A DNA stretch of 64,000 nucleotides from Halarcobacter sp. (GTDB lineage Bacteria; Campylobacterota; Campylobacteria; Campylobacterales; Arcobacteraceae), in assembly GCA_963676565.1 (NCBI GenBank), contig OY781089.1:256001-320000 (forward strand). The letters run 5' to 3'. The notes beneath the pieces are model-generated. The model was not told the origin of the DNA and ran no database searches. It saw nothing but the letters and a program-made list of their open reading frames with translations. The position numbers were made by a program, and so were the translations under genes. Shown piece by piece: positions 36,023-45,987 of the stretch (its first letter is position 1; each line of letters starts with the position of its first letter).

Positions 36023-38110
36023 CTATATATACCAATTTTTCAAGAATAAATTCTCAAAATCTAAAACTGTCTCATCATAAAGTGGATACCTTTGAATTTT
36101 TCTATCATCTTGGAAAATTTCAAACATAAAATTCACTTTCTCTTTCTTTTGATCATAAACTTTTAACTCGATTCCCTCATCTAAAGCTAAATCAAAATAT
36201 GTTCCATTTTGAACTAAACTTTCAATTTTATCTTTTAAATCAAATACAAAAATCTTATCATCAATAGTTACTTTTAATTCTAATTCTTTATCTTTTAAAT
36301 ACTTAATTTTTTCACCTTTTAAATAAAGGTATAAATTACACTCTTTATCTTTCCCATAATATAAATAATCTACAATAGAAGCAGAAGAATCCATAGTTGA
36401 AAACTCTTTTTTAATATCTATTTCTCCACTATTTAGCCATTCAAAAAAGTTGCTATTATTTCCATCAACAACAGGATAGATAAAATCTTTTGGTGGAACA
36501 TGAACTCTTTTTTTACTATCTTTTTTTACTATTGGAGTAAAGATTTCTGTTGGTACACTTTTTTCCATTAGCTCATAAATATTTTTTAAATGTGCTCTAA
36601 ATTGTTCATCGAATTGATGGTTTAATTCTGTATAGTGATCATCCCCATACCACCAAAACCAATCACTTCCAAGGGCAATTAAAAACTCTTTTTCGATTCT
36701 TTTTAATATATCCTCACTTAAACTATCTTTTTCATTATCAAAGGCAGCTTTGGTCATATCAAGAAGTTCCCAAGCCCTGTTTTTTTCATTACTCCCAATC
36801 CAAATATCGAAGTTTCCATTTATCCAACTTCCACTAGCAAGAGTATCTATCTCAACTTCTTCTAAATCATCTATTTTAGCTACATCATCAAATAAAATTG
36901 TCTCTAACCAAGGTTGGGAATCTAGTTGTTTATATAACTCTTCAAAAAACTCTTTTGCATTATTTGGATAAAATTCCCAAGCATTTTCACCATCAAGTAT
37001 AACAGGAACAATAACTGAATCAGAAGAGTCATAGTAGATATTTTTTAGATGAGAAATAAAATCATGGGCAGCTTCACGTGCTCCTTTTTTACTATATTCA
37101 AAACCTATTAAGTCACTTAAATATTTATCTCTAAAAAATAGATTTACTTTTCCATTTTCTGTATTTAAAGAATATGGTTTATAAACTAACTCTTTATTTC
37201 CTTTTTGAAGTGTTTTGAAAATTATCTCTTCATCAGAACAAGCCCATTTTACACCATTTTTTGCAAGAAGTGAGATAGTTTCTACACTAACACTTCCCTC
37301 ACTTGGCCAAAAGCCACTTACATCTGTATCAAAATGTTTTTTATAATACTCAACTGCATTTTTAACTTGCATAGAAGCAAAATCTTTAAAATCAGCGGCT
37401 TGGGAACTTGGTAATAAAACATGAGGTTTTGCTTCAACAGCACTTTTTCTATCTAATAATAATGGTAAAATAGGATGATAAAAAGGAGTAGTTGAAATTG
37501 CAATTTGTCCACTATCACAAAGCTTTTTATAATAAGGAATTACTTCCTTTAAAAAATCAAACATTGTCGATACTAATTGAAGTTTTTGCTCTTGTGTATA
37601 GCCTCTTTTTTGGTCTAATAAATTTTTAACAATATAATTGTTTTCTCTTATATAATTACCACACCAAGTTAATAAAAATAAAACTTCTAACTCTACTAAT
37701 TCTTCATTGCTAAAAGAGTTAATAGAATTCCCTTCAGCCTTGAATTTAACTAAAAATTCATTATATCTTGAAAGAGGTTTTATCATATTTTGTTCATTTG
37801 GTAAAAATAGATACTCTTCTAAAAATAGTATTTCTTCGTTATTTAAAAGACTTACATCTTTTTTCAAAATCTCCATAAACTTATCATTGGCAGTTCCATT
37901 GATATACTCTTCAATCTGAGCCATAAGTGAAGGAACAAGATTAAAAGTTGCCTTGATATTTGGAAATTTTTCCAAATACCAAGGGATGTCATAATAATCT
38001 TTTGTAGCATGTAAAAACACCCAAGGCATTAATGTCTTGTTTGTTAAATCATCTTTGTAATAAGGTTGATGCATATGCCATAAAAATGACAAATATAATT
38101 TTTTATTCAC
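36023..38110 (-). CDS. GH57 amylopullulanase-type glycoside hydrolase
   Basis: WHMHQP, HPILP, WPSEGS, ILDGENAW, GSDWFWW. Confidence 0.92.
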   Translation of the reverse strand: MNKKLYLSFLWHMHQPYYKDDLTNKTLMPWVFLHATKDYYDIPWYLEKFPNIKATFNLVPSLMAQIEEYINGTANDKFMEILKKDVSLLNNEEILFLEEYLFLPNEQNMIKPLSRYNEFLVKFKAEGNSINSFSNEELVELEVLFLLTWCGNYIRENNYIVKNLLDQKRGYTQEQKLQLVSTMFDFLKEVIPYYKKLCDSGQIAISTTPFYHPILPLLLDRKSAVEAKPHVLLPSSQAADFKDFASMQVKNAVEYYKKHFDTDVSGFWPSEGSVSVETISLLAKNGVKWACSDEEIIFKTLQKGNKELVYKPYSLNTENGKVNLFFRDKYLSDLIGFEYSKKGAREAAHDFISHLKNIYYDSSDSVIVPVILDGENAWEFYPNNAKEFFEELYKQLDSQPWLETILFDDVAKIDDLEEVEIDTLASGSWINGNFDIWIGSNEKNRAWELLDMTKAAFDNEKDSLSEDILKRIEKEFLIALGSDWFWWYGDDHYTELNHQFDEQFRAHLKNIYELMEKSVPTEIFTPIVKKDSKKRVHVPPKDFIYPVVDGNNSNFFEWLNSGEIDIKKEFSTMDSSASIVDYLYYGKDKECNLYLYLKGEKIKYLKDKELELKVTIDDKIFVFDLKDKIESLVQNGTYFDLALDEGIELKVYDQKKEKVNFMFEIFQDDRKIQRYPLYDETVLDFENLFLKNWYI

Positions 38111-40586
38111 TAATCCACTTTTCTATTTTATCTTGATATGAATAGAATATTTTTCCAGCACTTTTCTCATCTTCAGCCTGAACATAAAGATTTAAATATT
38201 CATTGTGTTGATCTGGAACCATTAAAATCCATTCATCATCATTCATCCAAATTTTCACACCATCGATATTTGATGTTTGCTTACCTTTACCATCTTCTAG
38301 GAATTTTCTCATCATCTTACCTTTTAAGGTATCTGGACAAGGAATATTTTCCCCTTTATACACAAAGTCTTTAATATCTCTTACAATTTTTGAAAAATCT
38401 TTCCCCGATTTTTGAAGTAACTCAAGGATTTTAAAACTTGCATAAATTGAATCTCTATTTAAACCAAATTCACTAAAGGCAAAGTGCCCATCACTATCTG
38501 CAATTAAGTCATATTCTTTTAACTCTTTTGCTTTAAGATTTTCAAGTTTATTCATTGTGATTTCAATATTCTCATAACTAACAAAATCTGGAGCCCACGC
38601 AGGAAGTAAAACTTTTAGTTTTCTATCTGTTGTCATATCTAATAATTGTAAAACAGCAATTAATAATTTATAGTCATAGATTAATCTTCCAGTACTATCA
38701 ATTACTTGAAGTTTATGACCATTTGGATAAATTAAAAACCCACAATCTAGATTCATTGCTCTAACAATATTTTGCATAGTAGATTGTGTTTTTTCAATAT
38801 CAGCTGATTTAATTTTTTCACTTTTATGTGCATTTAAAATGATATTTTCAATACCAAGTTCATTTATAATTCTTGGATAGATATCTGAAGTAGAACCATT
38901 CATAATATCAGCAGCCACTTTAATTTCAGAAGCTTGGAATAATGATTTATCAAAAGAGTTTTGAATAGCTTCAATATATTCATCACTTAAAGTAAAATTA
39001 TCAACTACAGTACCAATATCTGTATATGGAACTCTTCTAAAGTTTTCTCTGAAGAATACTCTTTCAATAGATTGAGCCACTTTACTATCAACAGGAAGAC
39101 CTTCACTTGTATAAAAGATTATTTCTGTTTCAGTTGGATCAAAAACAGATTGTCTAAAGTGAACACCTGCCGCCATATCTTCTTTACTACTTAAAGCATG
39201 TCTCATTACATTTGATGGTACATTTCTAGGATCTACAATATTAACTCCCGTTGATAATATACCACCAACAAAAGCTCTTTTTAACATAAATGTTGAAGGA
39301 TGATAATCCCTTGAAATATAAATATTACATCCCTTTGGAAGTATTGAACCAAAGGCTTCAGCTAATTTTGTAGTCATTTGACAAGATAATTCAATGTTTG
39401 TTCTACCAACTACAGAACCCTCTTCAAAAATAGATGATTTGTATTTATTTCCCCAAATGATATTAGAACTAATTACAGAAGAAGCTTCAACTACTTTATC
39501 TGGCCACATAATAATATCTTTTTCAAAAGATACTTTTTTATTAACTAGACACTTTTCAGCCATAATAACACCATGAGATGCTTTTGATTCATCTTTTATA
39601 ACATTATCATTACAAATTACAGAATTATTTAGCTTTACTTTAACTCCAAGTTTTACATCATTCCATAAAACTGTGTCAATAACTTCAGAATGTTTTGAAA
39701 CTTTTGTATTATCTCCAATTACACAATTTTTAAGTGTAACTCCTTCATCAATAGATACATTTTTACCTAAAACTACAGTTCCTTCAACTCTAATTTTTTT
39801 GTTTAATTTAGTTCCCTCTTCACAATAAATAGTTCCTTTATCTAAAGAGCTAGATTCCCCTTTAAATGGAAGTTGAATATCTCCAAGCATAATATCTTTA
39901 TAAACATCTCTATAGCTTTCTGGGTTTCCAACATCTCTCCAATATCCTTTTTGAGGACAACCCCATAAAGGAATATCTTCTTTCATCATCTTTGGAAACA
40001 AATCTTTTGCAAAATCATAATTTTGTTTAAATGGAATCAAATCTAAAACTTGTGGTTCTATTATATAAATACCAGTGTTGATAGTATCACTAAATACTTC
40101 TCCCCAACTTGGTTTCTCTAAGAATTTTTCGATTCTATCCTCTTCATTTGCAATTACAACTCCAAATTGAAGTGGATTTTCAACAGGTGTTAAAGTAATA
40201 GTTAATTGAGACTCTTTTTTCTCATGGAATTTTTTTATCTTTTTAAAATCAAAGTCAGTTACTAAATCTCCACTAACGATAATAAAGGTTTCATCTAAAA
40301 ACTCTCTTGCAAAAGCAACTGCTCCTGCAGTTCCATAATCATCATCAGGTAAAAAATATTGAATATTTACACCTAAATCTTTCCCATCTTTAAAATGTTC
40401 TTTAATAATATCTGGTTTAAAATAAAGTAAAACACCAATCTCTGTAATACCTAATTCATCTCTTAGTTTTATGATGATATGTTCCATCATAGGCCGATTT
40501 AATATCGGAAGCATTGGCTTTGGTACCGAATTTGTCAATGGTTGAATTCTAGTACCAAATCCTCCTGCTAAAACAATTGCTTTCAT
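38103..40586 (-). CDS. Sugar-1-phosphate nucleotidyltransferase + left-handed beta-helix + phosphohexomutase-like fusion
   Basis: LAGGFGTRIQPLT...PKP, GTAG, SGD, EKP, W.DVG; hexapeptide repeats; the C-terminal PMM/PGM fold lacks SHN and DxDxDR. Confidence 0.88.
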   Translation of the reverse strand: MKAIVLAGGFGTRIQPLTNSVPKPMLPILNRPMMEHIIIKLRDELGITEIGVLLYFKPDIIKEHFKDGKDLGVNIQYFLPDDDYGTAGAVAFAREFLDETFIIVSGDLVTDFDFKKIKKFHEKKESQLTITLTPVENPLQFGVVIANEEDRIEKFLEKPSWGEVFSDTINTGIYIIEPQVLDLIPFKQNYDFAKDLFPKMMKEDIPLWGCPQKGYWRDVGNPESYRDVYKDIMLGDIQLPFKGESSSLDKGTIYCEEGTKLNKKIRVEGTVVLGKNVSIDEGVTLKNCVIGDNTKVSKHSEVIDTVLWNDVKLGVKVKLNNSVICNDNVIKDESKASHGVIMAEKCLVNKKVSFEKDIIMWPDKVVEASSVISSNIIWGNKYKSSIFEEGSVVGRTNIELSCQMTTKLAEAFGSILPKGCNIYISRDYHPSTFMLKRAFVGGILSTGVNIVDPRNVPSNVMRHALSSKEDMAAGVHFRQSVFDPTETEIIFYTSEGLPVDSKVAQSIERVFFRENFRRVPYTDIGTVVDNFTLSDEYIEAIQNSFDKSLFQASEIKVAADIMNGSTSDIYPRIINELGIENIILNAHKSEKIKSADIEKTQSTMQNIVRAMNLDCGFLIYPNGHKLQVIDSTGRLIYDYKLLIAVLQLLDMTTDRKLKVLLPAWAPDFVSYENIEITMNKLENLKAKELKEYDLIADSDGHFAFSEFGLNRDSIYASFKILELLQKSGKDFSKIVRDIKDFVYKGENIPCPDTLKGKMMRKFLEDGKGKQTSNIDGVKIWMNDDEWILMVPDQHNEYLNLYVQAEDEKSAGKIFYSYQDKIEKWISE

Positions 40587-40618
40587 CCCTATCTCCCCTT
40601 TGTAAATTTTAAACCTAA

Positions 40619-41596
40619 TTAATTAACCAATCTTCTCGCTAAATCTAATAATTCATCTTTTATCTTATACTTTTGCGAATTGACATATTCTATTGATACA
40701 AAATCAAATTGACTTTTATTGTAAACAATTACACTTCCTCCAGTTTGACCTGAAAGCAATCTATCTACTGCAAAGGTTGCAAACTGTGAAGCTAAAAGTC
40801 TATCAAATACAGTTGGATTCCCACCCCTTTGTACATGACCTAGAATTGTTGCTCTTGTTTCAATTCCTATATCATTTTGTAACCAGTCAACTAAGTGTTG
40901 TGTACTTATACATTTGTCATCATGGCAGCCTTCTGCAACTACGCAAACAACATATTTTCTACCGTCTGCAATCTCTTTTTTTAATCTCTTACCAATAATA
41001 TCTAAATCATAATCTAATTCTGGAATTATACAAACCTCAGCACCACAAGTAATTGCAGATACTAATGCCAAATATCCACAATCTCTACCCATAGTTTCAA
41101 TTACACAAGCTCTTTTAAAAGAAGATGAAGTATCCCTTACTGCATCAGTTGCTTGTCTGATTACATTTAAAGCAGTATCAACCCCTAAACAATATTCTGT
41201 TCCGAAAATATCATTATCAATGGTTGCAGGAATCCCTACAAAATTCACCCCAAAATCCTTATGGAATTGGTTTAGTGCTCTAAAGGAACCATCTCCTCCT
41301 AAAATTACTATTTTGTCAATATTATGTTTTTGTAAGTTTTTGTAAGCTTGTTCTCTATATTTATATTCAAAAAATCTTTTTGATCTAGATGACCTAATTT
41401 TAGTACCACCTTCATGCATAATTCCTGCAACATCTTCGTATGTTGCAGGTCTTATATCACCATCAATTAAGCCTTTTAATCCATCATAGATTAAGTAAGG
41501 TTGAACTTTTCTATTAAAACAATAGTCGACAAACTGTTTTATCGCAGGATTCATACCCGCACAGTCTCCCCCTGATGTCATTATTGCTATTGCCAT
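40619..41596 (-). CDS. pfkA: ATP-dependent 6-phosphofructokinase
   Basis: TSGGDCAGMN, GGDGS, PATIDND, MGR, GHVQRGG. Confidence 0.95.
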   Translation of the reverse strand: MAIAIMTSGGDCAGMNPAIKQFVDYCFNRKVQPYLIYDGLKGLIDGDIRPATYEDVAGIMHEGGTKIRSSRSKRFFEYKYREQAYKNLQKHNIDKIVILGGDGSFRALNQFHKDFGVNFVGIPATIDNDIFGTEYCLGVDTALNVIRQATDAVRDTSSSFKRACVIETMGRDCGYLALVSAITCGAEVCIIPELDYDLDIIGKRLKKEIADGRKYVVCVVAEGCHDDKCISTQHLVDWLQNDIGIETRATILGHVQRGGNPTVFDRLLASQFATFAVDRLLSGQTGGSVIVYNKSQFDFVSIEYVNSQKYKIKDELLDLARRLVN

Positions 41597-41633
41597 AATT
41601 CACCTTAAGTGTTAAATTTATTTACATGTACTA

Positions 41634-42629
41634 TTAGTATTGACCAACAAAAAGTGTCATATCAACTAATCTACTTGTATATCCCCATTCATTATCATAC
41701 CATGCTAAAACTTTTACAGTTTTACCTTCAATTACAGAAGTCATGTCAGGAACAAATGTTGAAGAGTATGAACTTCCAATAAAGTCACTTGAAACTCTCT
41801 TATCATTATCAATTTCAATTAAACCATCAAATGAAGATTGACTTGCTAGTTCCATTGCTTTATTTACATCTTCTTTAGTAACCTCTTTTTTAAGATTTAC
41901 TGTTAAGTCTACAACTGAAACATCTGCAGTTGGAACTCTCATTGCATAACCATTAAGTTTACCTTTTAAGTTAGGCATTACAAGTGCGATTGCTTTTGCT
42001 GCTCCTGTTGTAGTTGGAATCATATTCATAGCAGCTGCTCTTGCTCTTCTTGTATCTTTTGCATGTTTACCATCTAAAATATTTTGATCATTTGTATAAG
42101 AGTGAATTGTAGTCATTAAACCATTTTCAATTCCAAAAGTATCATCTAAAACTTTACAAATTGGTGCTAAACAGTTTGTTGTGCAAGAAGCATTTGAAAT
42201 AACAGCTTCACCTTTATATTCGTCTGTATTGATGTTTAATACATATGTTGGTGTATCATCTTTAGCAGGTGCAGACATAACAACTTTTTCAACACCATTT
42301 TTTAAATATGCTTGACATTTTTCAGTTGTTAAAAATGCTCCCGTACACTCAATAACAACTTTAGCTCCACATCCACCAAAATCAACATTTTTTGGATCTC
42401 TATCAGAAAATACTCTAACTTTTACTCCATTGATTAAGATATTTTCATCATCAACTTTTTCTGCATTGATTCCCATGTGCACTGTATCATACTTTAATAA
42501 ATAAATTAACATATCCATATCACAAGTTGTATTTAATGCTACAAGCTCCATATCACTTCTTTGAGATACAATTTTTGCTGCGATTAGTCCAATTCTACCT
42601 GTTCCATTGATTGCTACTTTTAATGCCAT
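41634..42629 (-). CDS. gap: Type I glyceraldehyde-3-phosphate dehydrogenase
   Basis: NGTGRIG, SNASCTTNC, WYDNEWGY; start moved to ATG 42629, which has AAGGA. Confidence 0.97.
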   Translation of the reverse strand: MALKVAINGTGRIGLIAAKIVSQRSDMELVALNTTCDMDMLIYLLKYDTVHMGINAEKVDDENILINGVKVRVFSDRDPKNVDFGGCGAKVVIECTGAFLTTEKCQAYLKNGVEKVVMSAPAKDDTPTYVLNINTDEYKGEAVISNASCTTNCLAPICKVLDDTFGIENGLMTTIHSYTNDQNILDGKHAKDTRRARAAAMNMIPTTTGAAKAIALVMPNLKGKLNGYAMRVPTADVSVVDLTVNLKKEVTKEDVNKAMELASQSSFDGLIEIDNDKRVSSDFIGSSYSSTFVPDMTSVIEGKTVKVLAWYDNEWGYTSRLVDMTLFVGQY

Positions 42630-42989
42630 AAGTATTCCTTTTGTTAATATAAATCTATAATACACAATATCGATTACAAAATAATTCCATAAAAGTATAT
42701 AATGTAATCAATATGTAAATATATAGTATTATTATAATTAAGTAAAATAAAATATAAACATAAATAGATAAGCTTCAATGATGTTTTTTATAAATTTGAA
42801 GGAAAGTGATAAAAAAGATACAAATTAACAAAAAGATTTACCTTTAAAAATATTACAATCTAAATAAATATTTATCTAAAATAATAAAAGGTGATTATAC
42901 TATCCAAAGGATTTACTAGGTTTTGCTAAAATTTTTAGCACTCAACTTGATTTAGAATATAAAATTACAATTGAATAAAAGGATTGAAT

Positions 42990-43343
42990 ATGAAAATGTA
43001 CGGAATTAAAAGTTGCCCAAGTGTTAAAAAAGCTAGAGCTTTTTTTGATGAAAATAACATCTCTTACGATTTTATAGATTTAAGTAAAGAGCCAGTTAAT
43101 GAAGAAAAAATAGAGAAATGGCAAACTTTTACACCTGCTGCTTCAATGTTAAATCCAAGAAGTAAAGTGTATAGAGATTTAGAATTAAAAACTAAAAAAC
43201 CAACTGAAAAAAAAGCAGTAAGTATAATTGTAAAAGATAATGGTATCTTAAAAAGGCCAATTATAGAACACGGTTTAAATGGTGAAGAAAAATTTACTAT
43301 AGGTTTTAAAGAAGATGAATATAAAGCAACTTTTTTAGCTTAA
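42990..43343 (+). CDS. ArsC/Spx/YffB-family protein
   Basis: MYGIKSCPSVKKA, LKRPII, IGF. Confidence 0.85.
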   Translation: MKMYGIKSCPSVKKARAFFDENNISYDFIDLSKEPVNEEKIEKWQTFTPAASMLNPRSKVYRDLELKTKKPTEKKAVSIIVKDNGILKRPIIEHGLNGEEKFTIGFKEDEYKATFLA

Positions 43344-43535
43344 ACGTCTAATTGATGGAGCAGTTTTTCTGCTCTGCTTGTTTTTCTTTCTTTCTTCTAA
43401 AATATTCTCATAAACTTCCAAGTCTTCAATTATAAGCTTTTGTACATACTCCAAATAAGATATTTTTTTTTCATTTGCTCTTTGATAGAATTTTTTTTCT
43501 AACTCCTCACCCAACTCAATATTTAATATAATCAT
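43335..43535 (-). CDS. Small putative ribbon-helix-helix DNA-binding protein
   Basis: Alternating ILNIEL strand followed by two predicted helices (A.EKKIS..EYV..LI); AAGG upstream. Confidence 0.5.
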   Translation of the reverse strand: MIILNIELGEELEKKFYQRANEKKISYLEYVQKLIIEDLEVYENILEERKKNKQSRKTAPSIRRLS

Positions 43536-43601
43536 TCAATAAACCTTCAACCTTGTTATAATAAAAATAATTATAACATAAATCACATAAAAAATGATTT
43601 T

Positions 43602-43814
43602 TTAAGAACTTAAGGTTTTTTTATAATATTTTAAGAAGTTTAAAAAGATTTGTTTTTCTTCATTTGAAAGAGATATTGATTTATTTTGAAAAAGATGAGG
43701 AATCTCTGAATGTAAAGAATAAAGGTATTCATCTAAGGATAAGTTTTTAAGACTGATTCTTTTATTTCTATATTTAAATACTAAATTTTCAAATTTTTCT
43801 AATTCTTTTCCCAT
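43602..43814 (-). CDS. Hypothetical protein, 70 aa
   Basis: ORF preceded by a purine-rich leader and TATAAT-like sequence; no recognised motif. Confidence 0.5.
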   Translation of the reverse strand: MGKELEKFENLVFKYRNKRISLKNLSLDEYLYSLHSEIPHLFQNKSISLSNEEKQIFLNFLKYYKKTLSS

Positions 43815-43909
43815 ACTCTTTTCTTATTGTTATATATAAAAATATTATATATTCAATATCTTACATTTTGATTACAGTTATAGAAACTAAAGGATTTAAG
43901 TATTTAAAA

Positions 43910-45829
43910 CTATTTTGTAGTTATTTTGATAGTGAATTTTGCCCCTATATATTCAATATTTTTATAAGTATAAGTAGTGTTTTCTACCACTAAACTTCCT
44001 GCTAAGTGATTTTTTACAATTTCTTGACTCATATACAATCCAATACCAGTACCCTGAGATTGGTGTTTTGTTGTAAAGTATGGTTCAAAAATTCGTTCTA
44101 TAATAGTTTCTTTAATTCCCCCACCATTATCTTTTATTTCAATATAAAAACTATTATCTTTTTTGTAAGTTTTTATAAAAATTAATCTTTGTTGATTCTC
44201 TTTTGTAATTAAGATATCTTTTGCATTATTGAGTAGATTAATAAAAACTTGAACAAGTTCATTTTCTATTGAGTATAATTCATAATCATCAATATCTTTA
44301 ATAATTTCTATCTCTTTTGCAGAGAATTGCGAACTAACTAAATTTAAAGCTTTTTCTAAAGAGTTTGAAATCATAAAACTTCTTCGTTCTTTATTATTAG
44401 GGTTAAGAAAGCTTCTAAAATCATCAATTGTTTTAGAAAGGTATTGAACTGAATCATTTATAGCTGTTAGTGAAGAATCTAACTCTGAAGCAGATAAGTT
44501 ATCTAATTCTTTTTGAATTTTCAATCCCGTAGCACTAGCTGAAATTGCAGATAAAGGTTGTCTCCATTGATGAGCAATATTTCCTATCATCTCTCCCATT
44601 GCTGCCATTTTTGATTGTTGTATTAGTAATCTTTCTTTTTCTATAGTTTTATTATTTTCATCTTCAATCTTAGTTCTATATATTATAAATTTTTTTGATA
44701 TTTTCTGAGATATATAAAATGATAACAAAATAAATACAGCAGTTATAAGAATAGAAAGTAAAACTATTTCCCTAATTGATTTTTCTTTTGAACTCAATAA
44801 GTTTTTTGTTTTTAGTTCAATTTCTTTATTAAATTTTTCTAAAAAGAATCCTGTACCAATAACCCAATTCCAATTATCAACAAATTTAATATATGAGATT
44901 TTATCTTGTTTTTCTAAGTTCTCAGGATTTACCTCAGTACTATATTCCATAAAACCTTTTTTATTTTTTATTGCAAATTCAATAACATCTTTTACAACAT
45001 GTTTTCCTAAAGGATTAATTACATTATATCGATTAGTCCCAACTAAAGAATCTTTGTAGTGAGAGAGAACCGTACCTTTATCATCAAATATAAATACATA
45101 AGAATTATCTTCTCCCTTGATCTTTCTAATTTTTAACAACAACTCTTTTTTTAAGTCATTTTCAAAATCATCAATATATTCCCCAGTTCCTATTGCCATG
45201 TTTAATGGTTCAAAATACTTATAAAAACTTATTTTTTTATATGTGTCTTTATTGTTATTAGGTTTATACCAATAGTAAGTATCATACCTTTCACTTTTGT
45301 CTTTTATAGTTTGAACAATAGTTTTAACAAATTGGTAGCCCTTTGCATCTTTAAACTCTAGTTTATTTATATTCTCTAAGCTTTTATTTAAAGGTTGTAA
45401 AATACCTATTCCATTTACATCATCAATAAAAAAATATCCTCGACCATTGTTATATTTTATGCTTCCCAATACTTTTTTTATTATTGATAATAATTCCTCT
45501 TTAGTAACAAAATCTTTTGTTTCTTCATATATATTTGTAGCTATAGCATGGGCTTCATATACTCTATTTTTTATCTGTTGTTTTAATAATTGTTCCGATT
45601 TATCTTTTTCATATGTTATTAGATTATAAATATTATCTATCTTACTTTTTACTATTTGTTTATTTTGAAGAAGATATTTCTGTTTTGTTAGTTTAATTTC
45701 TTTTGAGAAGGCTTCTTCCATTTTTGTCAAATAAATATTTGATACAAAAAGAGATACAAGAATTACAAGAATTATTGGAGAAAACTTAATTATATTTAAA
45801 ATGTTTTTTTCATCATTTGTTATTTTCAT
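43910..45829 (-). CDS. Membrane sensor histidine kinase with two Cache domains (orphan)
   Basis: Two TM segments; GYFFID and W.WVIGTG Cache motifs; IAHQWRQP; GTGIGL. Confidence 0.92.
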   Translation of the reverse strand: MKITNDEKNILNIIKFSPIILVILVSLFVSNIYLTKMEEAFSKEIKLTKQKYLLQNKQIVKSKIDNIYNLITYEKDKSEQLLKQQIKNRVYEAHAIATNIYEETKDFVTKEELLSIIKKVLGSIKYNNGRGYFFIDDVNGIGILQPLNKSLENINKLEFKDAKGYQFVKTIVQTIKDKSERYDTYYWYKPNNNKDTYKKISFYKYFEPLNMAIGTGEYIDDFENDLKKELLLKIRKIKGEDNSYVFIFDDKGTVLSHYKDSLVGTNRYNVINPLGKHVVKDVIEFAIKNKKGFMEYSTEVNPENLEKQDKISYIKFVDNWNWVIGTGFFLEKFNKEIELKTKNLLSSKEKSIREIVLLSILITAVFILLSFYISQKISKKFIIYRTKIEDENNKTIEKERLLIQQSKMAAMGEMIGNIAHQWRQPLSAISASATGLKIQKELDNLSASELDSSLTAINDSVQYLSKTIDDFRSFLNPNNKERRSFMISNSLEKALNLVSSQFSAKEIEIIKDIDDYELYSIENELVQVFINLLNNAKDILITKENQQRLIFIKTYKKDNSFYIEIKDNGGGIKETIIERIFEPYFTTKHQSQGTGIGLYMSQEIVKNHLAGSLVVENTTYTYKNIEYIGAKFTIKITTK

Positions 45830-45987
45830 ACTAATCTCTTTATAAAAGTCCTGATAAAGAGTATATAATAATTATATTAAATTTTTATACATTTTATTAA
45901 ATGAAAATAAATTATTTTTGTATTTTATATGTTAATTTAACTAATCTTGCTTCTATTTATTTCCATATAAAACTTCCTTAGTAAGAA

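Noticed and set aside
42935..42961. Full CIRCE element
   Set aside because: Only the TTAGCACTC half is present; there is no GAGTGCTAA 9 bp downstream.
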